A stretch of DNA of 58,357 bases from Candidatus Omnitrophota bacterium. GTDB lineage: Bacteria > Omnitrophota > Gorgyraeia > Gorgyraeales > Gorgyraeaceae. Where the stretch lies: assembly GCA_018902915.1 (NCBI GenBank), contig JAHIPS010000081.1:1-58357 (forward strand), given 5' to 3'. The position numbers were made by a program, and so were the translations under genes. Shown here in pieces: positions 27,776 through 36,038 of the stretch; position 1 is the stretch's first letter, and each line of letters opens with the position of its first letter. Under the pieces are notes generated by a model. That model saw only the letters and a list, made by a program, of their open reading frames with translations, was not told where the DNA came from and did not search any database.

Positions 27776-28631
27776 CCAGATAAAAACTAAGGCAAAAGAG
27801 TTATTAAAGACGAAAAAAGTAGACATAGTTATTGGTTATAAGAAGGCCAGTGACAGGATAGGCGCTATACCTGCTTTTATTGATAAGGAAGGGGATATTG
27901 ATAAATTAATATGGGATGGGTATTGCGTCTATAATCTTAGCAATTATCTAAAAGACTTTCCAGGCAAAAAAATAGGAATAGTGACAAAGGGTTGCGACGC
28001 AAAGTCAATGACAGTGTTATTGCAGGAAAATCAATTGAAGAGGGAGGACATATTTATAATCGGCATCGAGTGTTCAGGCATAGTTGATGAAAAGAGGAAA
28101 GGCGGGGATATAGCCTATGATGAAAGATGCAAGGGATGTAAGCCCGCGACGCCGCCCATTTACGATGTTTTGATAAAAGAGGAAGAAAAGAAACAGGCCC
28201 CAAGATTGGAACAGGATCCTTATGAGAGCGTGCGTAAATTAGAGACAAAATCTATCGAAGAAAAGTTTAAGTTCTGGCAGGATGAATTTTCAAGATGTAT
28301 CCGTTGTTATGCCTGTAGACAGATCTGTCCCTTATGTTATTGCCCGAGATGCGTGGCTGAGCAGACGCAGCCTGCCTGGTTTTCAAAGGCGGTTTCTGTA
28401 GAGGGCAATTTCAGCTGGAACGTGAACCGCGCGATGCATCTGGCTGGAAGATGTATTGACTGCGGAGAATGCGAAAGGGCCTGCCCTGTGGGGATCCCCT
28501 TAAGAGATATAAATAAAAAGATAGAAAAGGATGTAAAAGAGCTTTTTAGTTATGAGGCAGGAGTAGACACTGAACAGAAACCTTTATTCAGCTCGTTTGA
28601 CAAAAACGACCCAGAGGATTTTATCAAGTAA
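27768..28631 (+). CDS. Fe-S subunit (FlxC-like)
   Basis: C-terminal CIRCYACRQICPLCYCPRC and CIDCGECERACP. Its position follows mvhD. Confidence 0.6.
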   Translation: MIDQIKTKAKELLKTKKVDIVIGYKKASDRIGAIPAFIDKEGDIDKLIWDGYCVYNLSNYLKDFPGKKIGIVTKGCDAKSMTVLLQENQLKREDIFIIGIECSGIVDEKRKGGDIAYDERCKGCKPATPPIYDVLIKEEEKKQAPRLEQDPYESVRKLETKSIEEKFKFWQDEFSRCIRCYACRQICPLCYCPRCVAEQTQPAWFSKAVSVEGNFSWNVNRAMHLAGRCIDCGECERACPVGIPLRDINKKIEKDVKELFSYEAGVDTEQKPLFSSFDKNDPEDFIK

Positions 28632-28694
28632 GTCCGCTTACAGCGGACTTACTTGATCCCCCCTGTTTAGTTTTGTGAAGCAAAACTAGGGGGG
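28623..28694. repeat. two hairpins: a perfect 15-bp stem spanning the stop codon (28623-28657) and C6...G6 element copy E (28658-28694)
   Basis: ATCAAGTAAGTCCGC-ttaca-GCGGACTTACTTGAT, followed by CCCCCCTGTTTAGTTTTG-tgaag-CAAAACTAGGGGGG. Confidence 0.85.
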
Positions 28695-28710
28695 ATTAAT
28701 TTAATATATT

Positions 28711-29682
28711 ATGCAAAGACTTATTACTAAACAAGATTTGGTTAACAAGTTAACAGAGCTCTTGAAAGACTTCGAGGTCGTAGGGCCAAAAGAGCTCTCT
28801 AATAAAGGTATATTCTATCAGGTCATAGAGGATGCAAAGGAGTTATATCTGGGGCAAGATTTTGCAATAGAGCCGATAAAGAAATTCTTTTTAGAGCCGT
28901 CTTCCTGGATCCTAAGACACGCTAAGGACGATGTAAGCTTAGAAAGTTTTCCCCAGTCAGATAAAAAGAGAATAGTTATTGGAGCCCGGCCGTGCGAGGC
29001 AAAAGGGTTGGCATTATTGGATAAGCTGTTCGATTCCGAATACAAGGACGATTTTTATATAAATAACCGCAAGAGGACTATTGTTGTGGGCCTTGCCTGC
29101 GCTAAACCTGACATGAGCTGTTTTTGCACATCAATGCAGGGGTCGCCAGCAGAAACCTCTGGGATGGATGCGTTGATCTTTGAATCAGGCGATGGATTTA
29201 TCATAGAGCTGGTTACTGATAAGGCAAAGCATATTCTCGGCTCTATAGGAGAGGATATTAAAGAAGATCAGAAATTAAATAAAGACAAAATGAAAGCCCT
29301 GGTCAAGAAAGTGATAAAGACACCTGAAAGCCTGGACAAGGTCTTTGAGAGCGATTATTGGGACGAGGTCTCCAGGCCGTGTATAAGTTGCGGCGTGTGC
29401 ACATTTTTATGCCCGACCTGTCATTGCTTTGATCTGGTGGATGAAGAGAAAAAGAGGATGAGGTGTTATGACGGATGCAGCTTTCCGGATTTTACGCTCG
29501 AGGCGTCTGGCGTGAATCCCAGGCCTACAAAAAAGGAACGCTACAGGCAGAGGGTATTTCACAAATTCGATTATTTTAAGAAAAATTTTGGGGAAAATCT
29601 CTGTGTAGGCTGTGGGAGATGCATCAGGCATTGTCCGGTGAAAATCGATATAGCAGATATTGTGGATAAAGCGCCTATTTAA
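28711..29682 (+). CDS. Fe-S subunit (FlxB / AsrA / sulfhydrogenase-beta-like)
   Basis: CISCGVCTFLCPTCHC and CVGCGRCIRHCP. Paired with the following FAD/NAD subunit. Confidence 0.65.
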   Translation: MQRLITKQDLVNKLTELLKDFEVVGPKELSNKGIFYQVIEDAKELYLGQDFAIEPIKKFFLEPSSWILRHAKDDVSLESFPQSDKKRIVIGARPCEAKGLALLDKLFDSEYKDDFYINNRKRTIVVGLACAKPDMSCFCTSMQGSPAETSGMDALIFESGDGFIIELVTDKAKHILGSIGEDIKEDQKLNKDKMKALVKKVIKTPESLDKVFESDYWDEVSRPCISCGVCTFLCPTCHCFDLVDEEKKRMRCYDGCSFPDFTLEASGVNPRPTKKERYRQRVFHKFDYFKKNFGENLCVGCGRCIRHCPVKIDIADIVDKAPI

Positions 29683-29685
29683 AAG

Positions 29686-30510
29686 ATGAAAAATATTTAT
29701 TTACCTCATATAGCTGAAATAGTCGACGTAAAGCAGGAGACATCTGATATAAAGACGTTCACGCTCAGGTTCAAGGATAAGGCAGTTGGGAAGGCCTTTA
29801 CCTATAAACCAGGCCAGTTTGTGGAGTTCTCGATATTTGGCGAGGGTGAATCGCCTTTCTGCATCTCGAATTCGCCCACGAGAGATTCCATAGAATGCAG
29901 TGTCAAGAAAATGGGCAAGGTCACCCAGGTCTTGCATGAGATGGATATAGGCGATGAGGTAGGCATAAGAGGGCCTTACGGCAATGGCTTTCCCCTTGAT
30001 GAATTAAAAGGCAAGAATCTTTTATTTGTTGCCGGCGGAATAGGGCTCGCGCCCTTACGCTCCTTAATAAATTATTGTTTTGATAATAGAAAAGACTATA
30101 AGACTATTACTATCGTGAATGGCGCGCGCACGTCAAAAGACCTTGTCTATAAGGATGAATATAAGACATGGGAAAAGGCAAAGGATGCGCACCTACATTT
30201 AACTGTTGACTGCCAGGAGGATAACTGGACATGCATGGTAGGCGTGGTGCCAAAGATCCTGGAAGAGATAAAACCAACCTGTAAGGACAGCATAGCTATT
30301 GTCTGCGGCCCGCCAATAATGATAAAGTTCACGCTGCCTGTTCTTATGAGATTGGGTTTTTGCCCCGAGTCTATTCTTACTACGTTAGAGATGAAGATGA
30401 AATGCGGCCTGGGTAAATGCGGCAGATGTAATATCGGAAATCTATATATTTGCAAGGATGGACCTGTTTTTAGTTATGCTCAATTAAATGGTATGAACTA
30501 TGATCATTAA
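29686..30510 (+). CDS. FAD/NAD(P)H-binding [2Fe-2S] oxidoreductase subunit (FlxA / AsrB / PyrK-like)
   Basis: FNR-like fold (YKPGQFVEF, LLFVAGGIGLAPL) and C-terminal CGLGKCGRCNIG. Confidence 0.75.
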   Translation: MKNIYLPHIAEIVDVKQETSDIKTFTLRFKDKAVGKAFTYKPGQFVEFSIFGEGESPFCISNSPTRDSIECSVKKMGKVTQVLHEMDIGDEVGIRGPYGNGFPLDELKGKNLLFVAGGIGLAPLRSLINYCFDNRKDYKTITIVNGARTSKDLVYKDEYKTWEKAKDAHLHLTVDCQEDNWTCMVGVVPKILEEIKPTCKDSIAIVCGPPIMIKFTLPVLMRLGFCPESILTTLEMKMKCGLGKCGRCNIGNLYICKDGPVFSYAQLNGMNYDH

Positions 30511-31416
30511 GATTTGGTTAAAAGCCATAAGGGCGCCATTTTTTACCGCGACCATAATCCCGGTTACTCTGGGCTCAGTGATTGCCTGGCATGATACCAA
30601 TGATTTTATGTGGCTGAGATTCTGGCTTACGATGCTTGGTGTGCTGTTTGTGCACACAGGGACAAATCTAGCCAATGATTATTTTGACCATGTCTCTGGA
30701 TGCGATGAGGCAAATTCTACGCCTACGCCTTTTAGCGGAGGAAGCAGGGTGATCCAGAATGGACTTATTGCTCCCAGGAAGATTTTATATGTCTCCCTGG
30801 TCTCATTTATTATTGGCAGCGCAATCGGCCTTTATCTAAATCATTTGTGTAAAGGGAATATAATCCTCGTCTTAGGTATGATCGGTGTATCTTTAGGATT
30901 TTTTATAGCGTCAAGTCATTCCGTATAGGATACGGGGGCTTCGGAGAGATGGCAGTAGGGATTGGCTTTGGTCCGCTGATAGTATTGGGCTCATATTATG
31001 TACAAGCGCAGATTTTACCTTTCAGGATATTCCTGATATCAATCCCTGTCGGCATTTTAATTGCCCTGGTAGTATTCATAAACGAATTTCCAGATTACCT
31101 TGCTGATAAGTCAGCAGGGAAAAGGACTATCGTGGTCAGGCTGGGGAAGAAAAACGCCATGGTTTTATATCATATTCTGTTAGTTAGTGTATATGCGGCC
31201 ATAGTATTTTTAGTAATATTTAAATTTTTACCAGTAGCGTCTTTGATCGTTTTTTTAAGCCTTCCTTTAACTATAAAGGCATTCACAGTGTCCAGGAAAA
31301 ATTTTGACAAGGTTTACGAATTATTACCAGCAAATGCCTCGACTATAGGGCTGCATATGGCAATAGGTGCACTATTATCCATAGGCATAGCGTTAGACAG
31401 GATCTTATGCGCTTAA
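30500..31416 (+). pseudogene. menA: 1,4-dihydroxy-2-naphthoate polyprenyltransferase (UbiA family), split by a frameshift at a T6 run (30899-30904)
   Basis: ORF 30500-30928 gives WLKAIRAPFFTA...NLANDYFD. After the T6 run, the other frame reads YSVKSFRIGYGGFGEMAVGIGFGPL and continues into ORF 30949-31416. One extra T restores a single ORF. Confidence 0.75.
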
Positions 31417-32384
31417 AAGATATCTATAAACCGATCGAGAAAGAACTGATGGGCGTGGAAGACCTATTGAGAGACTCTCTTAATAGCACCACGAATAAAT
31501 CCATATCCCGGGTCTGCAATTATTTATTGGATGCGAAAGGCAAAAGACTCAGGCCGGCCCTGGTTCTGCTGTCAGGTAAGGCCACTAGCGACGCTGCTGT
31601 CGCGACCCCGATACTTATAAAGATCGCCTGCGGCATAGAGCTGATCCATGCTGCTTCTTTGGTCCATGATGATGTAATCGACCATTCCAATCTCCGTCAC
31701 AATAAACCCACGATTAATTTTAAATGGGGCCAGGATCTTTCTATTGCCCTTGGAGACTACCTTTATTCTGTGGCGTATGAATTGATCTCCCAGTGCAACA
31801 ATATAGATATCCTCCAGTGTATAAGTTCTGCCACAAAGGCAATGTGCGAGGGCGAGCTTGTTCAGGTCTCAGAAAGGGATAATCTGGACCTATTAAAGAG
31901 GAGGTACATCGTTATTGTAAAAAAGAAGACAGCCAGCCTTTTTGCCGCGAGCTGCCAGTCAGGCAGCCTGGTTTCTAAAAGCAAAAGATCTTTACAGGTT
32001 GCCATGAAGGCGTATGGCTTGAATTTTGGCATCGGGTTTCAGATAACAGATGATTATCTGGATATCGTGAGCGAGGAAAAGAGATTGGGCAAAAAACCAG
32101 GACAGGATATAAGCGTGGGAGAGATGACCTTACCCTTATTAAATCTATTAAAATCAGTACCGGCACATGAAAAAGAGAAATTTAAGACATTGGTTTCCAA
32201 GGGATCTTTGAATGCGGTGAAGACGAGGCTTATTCATTCCGGGGCAGCAGAAAAGACAAGACAAGAGGTTTCCTCATATATGGGGCTTGCGAAGAAGAGC
32301 TTGGATACTCTACCAGAAACAGTCTTTAAAAGAAGCCTGGTTAATTTAACAGATTTTATAATAGAGAGAAATTTTAACCTGTAA
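31407..32384 (+). CDS. long-chain polyprenyl diphosphate synthase
   Basis: LVHDDVIDHS and FQITDDYLD (two DDxxD motifs). Confidence 0.85.
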   Translation: MRLKDIYKPIEKELMGVEDLLRDSLNSTTNKSISRVCNYLLDAKGKRLRPALVLLSGKATSDAAVATPILIKIACGIELIHAASLVHDDVIDHSNLRHNKPTINFKWGQDLSIALGDYLYSVAYELISQCNNIDILQCISSATKAMCEGELVQVSERDNLDLLKRRYIVIVKKKTASLFAASCQSGSLVSKSKRSLQVAMKAYGLNFGIGFQITDDYLDIVSEEKRLGKKPGQDISVGEMTLPLLNLLKSVPAHEKEKFKTLVSKGSLNAVKTRLIHSGAAEKTRQEVSSYMGLAKKSLDTLPETVFKRSLVNLTDFIIERNFNL

Positions 32385-32405
32385 AAAAAAGGGGGGGGTG
32401 GAAAC

Positions 32406-32804
32406 ATGAAGCTAGATTTGAAGTTAGCTGGCGTAGTTGTTTTGCTTGCCTTGGTTTTCAATGTTTGGACAAGCGAGGCATACGCTAGTTGTGGAGGATG
32501 TGGCGCAGGAGGAGAATCGGTAGATGCAGTGACAGAGGCCTTGCCTGTAAGTTTTAAGGCCGAGGTTATTTGTTTGGGTTGTGCTTTGAAAAAAGGGCAG
32601 GGTGCAAAGACGCAGTGTTCTCTGTACGGACATGTAAATGCACTTAAGAGTGAAGACGGCAGGATCTGGACGATATTGGAGAACGATGCATCTACAGGAC
32701 TTATTAATTCACATGAGTACGCGGGAAAACAGGTTGAGATCACAGGAAAAAAATTCGGCGGCACTCAGATAATAGAAATAGAAAATTTTAAACTTGTAGA
32801 ATAA
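32406..32804 (+). CDS. secreted Cys-rich small protein of unknown function
   Basis: Signal peptide ...WTSEAYA followed by SCGGCGAGG, CLGCALKKGQGAKTQCSLYGH, and a beta-rich C-terminal half. No family recognised. Confidence 0.6.
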   Translation: MKLDLKLAGVVVLLALVFNVWTSEAYASCGGCGAGGESVDAVTEALPVSFKAEVICLGCALKKGQGAKTQCSLYGHVNALKSEDGRIWTILENDASTGLINSHEYAGKQVEITGKKFGGTQIIEIENFKLVE

Positions 32805-32821
32805 CAGAAAGGAGGACGTAA

Positions 32822-34138
32822 ATGCGGTTTTTAAGAGTATGTTTGATTTTAATATTCAGTGCAGGAATTATTTTTACATCAGTGCCTGGTTTATATGCTG
32901 ATGAGACAAGCGAGATTATTTTAAAACTTCTTGTGAAAAAAGGCATAATCACCCAGGAAGACGTAGACGAGATAAAAAGCCAGGTGGTGAAAGAAAAATC
33001 ATTGGTACCTCAAGGAATAGAAGAGAGAGTAACATTACTTGAGGAGAAGTCAGAAGAAACAGGATTTCTTTCAGCGAAAGGTTATAAGATTGACGTAAAA
33101 GGCGGGGCAGAGATCGAATTTGTAAACATACAGGATGATGATGCGGGGGTAGCGCTAGATACTACAAGTAGCCCAGATGACTCTGAAAATCCTAGACTCC
33201 AGGTAGATAAAGTTACAATGAGATTTACTGTAACAGGGGAAGATGAGACAGTCGGATTTTCTACTGAGCTGGAAATGGATGAGGGAGATAAGGCCTTTTT
33301 TGACGATGCCTATATTTTTGTAAAAGATTTAGAATGGCTTCAGGCTGCTCACTCGTTTACAGTGGGTTTACAGAATAGGTTTATAGTGCCAAAGCAGATT
33401 TTCGAAAGCTATCCCTTGAATGGATTTGCTTGGTATGAGGACGAAGAATACATGGCACTCTATAAAGGTGAGCATGATGACTGGTTATACTGGTATGGCG
33501 AACTTGCCCGCGCAAATGAAATAGATGACAAGGCGCCAACAGAAAATGGTCAGTTTGAAATGATCCATGACAACAGGCGTACCAGTAATTCTGCAGAGAT
33601 AGGAAATAAATTTGCTGCTGGTGGTGGTCTTGGGCTCAAGCTTAAATTAAAAGATCTTGGGAAGGTTAATATCCTTGGATTTGGCCGTAGTGGAACATTA
33701 ACTGATGATGATGTTTCATTTATGCAGGGTTTAACTGGTTACTCTTCCTCAGAAACAAGCACTGATTATTTGAGGACAGGTGTAAATTTAGATTATAAGC
33801 ATAAAAATTGTGGGTTAAGAGGTCAGTTTATGTATGCAGAGGATGGAACTTTAGACAGAAAGGGTTGGTATATAGAGCCTTACTACAATATTCATGTTGG
33901 TTGGAGGTATTTGGATAGCATAACTCCAGCGGTACAGTTAAGCTGGTTGGATGTTGATCTTGCAAATACGACAGCTGATGCCAGAACTTGGGATCGCGAA
34001 AAGTACACACTTGGAGCAGTATTCAAGATTAACAAGAATCTTCAGTGGAAAAACGAGTACTCAATTAATGAAGAGGATACTGGCGGAGCAGAAGTTGATA
34101 ACAATGAATTTATTAGTCAGTTGAAATTTAGTTTCTAA
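32822..34138 (+). CDS. outer-membrane porin-like beta-barrel protein (phosphate-selective porin O/P-like)
   Basis: Signal peptide, an N-terminal helical segment (ILKLLVKKGIITQEDVDEIKSQV), alternating beta-strand pattern and the C-terminal motif ...QLKFSF. Confidence 0.6.
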   Translation: MRFLRVCLILIFSAGIIFTSVPGLYADETSEIILKLLVKKGIITQEDVDEIKSQVVKEKSLVPQGIEERVTLLEEKSEETGFLSAKGYKIDVKGGAEIEFVNIQDDDAGVALDTTSSPDDSENPRLQVDKVTMRFTVTGEDETVGFSTELEMDEGDKAFFDDAYIFVKDLEWLQAAHSFTVGLQNRFIVPKQIFESYPLNGFAWYEDEEYMALYKGEHDDWLYWYGELARANEIDDKAPTENGQFEMIHDNRRTSNSAEIGNKFAAGGGLGLKLKLKDLGKVNILGFGRSGTLTDDDVSFMQGLTGYSSSETSTDYLRTGVNLDYKHKNCGLRGQFMYAEDGTLDRKGWYIEPYYNIHVGWRYLDSITPAVQLSWLDVDLANTTADARTWDREKYTLGAVFKINKNLQWKNEYSINEEDTGGAEVDNNEFISQLKFSF

Positions 34139-34165
34139 GAGGTAATGGAAAAAAAGTTAAATGTA

Positions 34166-34200
34166 TCAAGGTAGGCAAGGCTTGGCCTTGCCTACCTTGA
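34166..34200. repeat. perfect 16-bp stem / 3-nt loop hairpin containing GTAGG
   Basis: TCAAGGTAGGCAAGGC-ttg-GCCTTGCCTACCTTGA, between the porin gene and the NrfD-type gene. Confidence 0.8.
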
Positions 34201-34269
34201 AGAGAAGGATGAGTTAAAAAATAGACTCGACTTGTAAAATGGTGGTAAATAAGAAAGGGGGCGGGTACA

Positions 34270-35118
34270 TTGACTGAATATAAAATTTTTACACATCTTT
34301 CATATGACTGGATGATTGTCAGCTATTTTTTTCTTGGTGGTTTAGCTGCTGGCGCGTACTTTTTTTCAGTAGCGGCAAATTATTGGATAAAGGAGTTTAA
34401 GTCACTGGCAAAGACAGCAGCGATTTTGACTCCTATAGCGCTTGCCATTGGACTGGCATTTCTCCTGCTTGATCTAGGACAGCCATTTAGGTCCTGGCGA
34501 ATTTTCCTGCATTTCAATCCTACCTCGGCTATTTCATATGGCATCTGGTTTTTAAATATTTTCTTCATCCTGAGTTTGGTCTATGCGTGGTTTACCTCAA
34601 GAGGTGAAAACGAGAAGGCAAAAAAGTTTGCCTATCTTGGCTTGCCTTTTGGTTTATTAGTAGCTATATATACAGGCGTACTTTTGGCTCAGGCGCCGGG
34701 CAAGGCATTGTGGCATTCTGCGCTTTTGCCAGTACTATTTCTTATAGGAGGAGTAATTTCCGGCATTGCATTGGTGATGCTGGTTTCTTCAGGCGCAGCA
34801 GAAAAAGCAGTTTCGGTTAAAGTCGGTAGACTTCTCGTCGGGCTTCTTTTAGTTGAATTAGGACTGATTTTAACGGAACTTATTATTCTTGCTAATGGAG
34901 ACGCTGAGGCCATAATGACAGTCAAAGTGATTTTGACAGGCCAGTATAGTTTTTTGTTCTGGATAGTAGAGATCCTCCTTGGAGCCATAATACCGATATT
35001 TATTCTTTTTAAGACTGAGGTATCCTCCAGGGCTCAAGCAGTGGCTGCAATGCTTATTTTAGTGGGGATATTTGCGATGCGTTTTATTATAGTAGTCGGT
35101 GGGCAGATTGTTAGTTAA
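34270..35118 (+). CDS. NrfD/PsrC-type quinol-interacting membrane subunit
   Basis: 282 aa with about 8 TM helices. N-terminal W..VSYFFLGGLAAGAYF is typical of NrfD family. TTG start. Confidence 0.8.
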   Translation: MTEYKIFTHLSYDWMIVSYFFLGGLAAGAYFFSVAANYWIKEFKSLAKTAAILTPIALAIGLAFLLLDLGQPFRSWRIFLHFNPTSAISYGIWFLNIFFILSLVYAWFTSRGENEKAKKFAYLGLPFGLLVAIYTGVLLAQAPGKALWHSALLPVLFLIGGVISGIALVMLVSSGAAEKAVSVKVGRLLVGLLLVELGLILTELIILANGDAEAIMTVKVILTGQYSFLFWIVEILLGAIIPIFILFKTEVSSRAQAVAAMLILVGIFAMRFIIVVGGQIVS

Positions 35119-35136
35119 AAAGTGAGAGGTGAACCA

Positions 35137-36018
35137 ATGGCAAAGGCTCATAATGATAAGAAGACGTTAGTTGTAGAGAAAGGGATTACCCGCCGGCAGT
35201 TTTTTAAGTTGGGGGGAGCTGGCGTAGCAGCTGCGGCTGTTAGTATGATTGCCGGTGAAGTCTCTGCTTCAGAAAGTTCGTTAAAGGGTAAAAGGCTCGC
35301 TATGGTGATCGACCTTCAGGGGTGCACTGGATGTGGTGGATGCATGATATCCTGTAAGAACGAGAACAATGTACAGGAAGGCGTTGCCTGGTCCTATAAA
35401 AAAAGCAGCACTACTGGTACATTTCCTAACGTAAGATATGAATATATTCCTACGTTGTGTAATCATTGTGAGAAGGCGCCGTGCGTTAGGGCTTGTCCTA
35501 CAGGGGCTATGCAAAAGATAGATGGCGACATAACCATGCATGATCCAGAGAAATGCATAGGTTGCAAGACTTGTATTGCCATGTGCCCGTATGGAGTGAT
35601 CTCCCGTAACTCAAAAAGGACTCACGGGTTCTGGAGAAAAGACAAGGCCTTGATAAAGGGTTGCACTGAATCGCCTAAAGAGGTCGTGAAAAAGGTCAAA
35701 GGAACAGTCGTTCCTTATTATAATCCGGATAGAGAAAAAAATATTAAGGGATCAGGTTTAAGATATAAAGGTATTGTGGAGAAGTGCACTTTCTGTGACC
35801 ACAGGGTAAAAAGAGGAAAATTGCCATACTGTGTCTTGAGGTGCCCGGCGCAGGCGAGGATATTCGGAGACCTGAATGATACTAAGAGTAAGGTGAATGA
35901 GATCCTTGGAAAGTACAAGCCGATGAGACTCAAGGAACATCTTGGAACAGAACCCAAAGTGTTTTATGTAAGAGACTATAATCCCGGTAATTATAAAAGA
36001 AGTTATGGAAGTATCTAG
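35137..36018 (+). CDS. 4x[4Fe-4S] electron-transfer subunit with its own twin-arginine signal
   Basis: ITRRQFFKLGGAGVAAAA; CTGCGGCMISC, CNHCEKAPCVRACP, CIGCKTCIAMCP and CTFCDHR...CVLRCP. Confidence 0.85.
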   Translation: MAKAHNDKKTLVVEKGITRRQFFKLGGAGVAAAAVSMIAGEVSASESSLKGKRLAMVIDLQGCTGCGGCMISCKNENNVQEGVAWSYKKSSTTGTFPNVRYEYIPTLCNHCEKAPCVRACPTGAMQKIDGDITMHDPEKCIGCKTCIAMCPYGVISRNSKRTHGFWRKDKALIKGCTESPKEVVKKVKGTVVPYYNPDREKNIKGSGLRYKGIVEKCTFCDHRVKRGKLPYCVLRCPAQARIFGDLNDTKSKVNEILGKYKPMRLKEHLGTEPKVFYVRDYNPGNYKRSYGSI

Positions 36019-36038
36019 GTAAAAAAGGAGGACGAGAG

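Noticed and set aside
30899-30904. Programmed ribosomal or transcriptional frameshifting at the T6 runs in menA and DUF2061
   Set aside because: The runs are short (6 nt), there is no slippery heptamer or downstream stimulator, and the +1 T repair is identical at two unrelated genes. Homopolymer miscalling is the simpler explanation.
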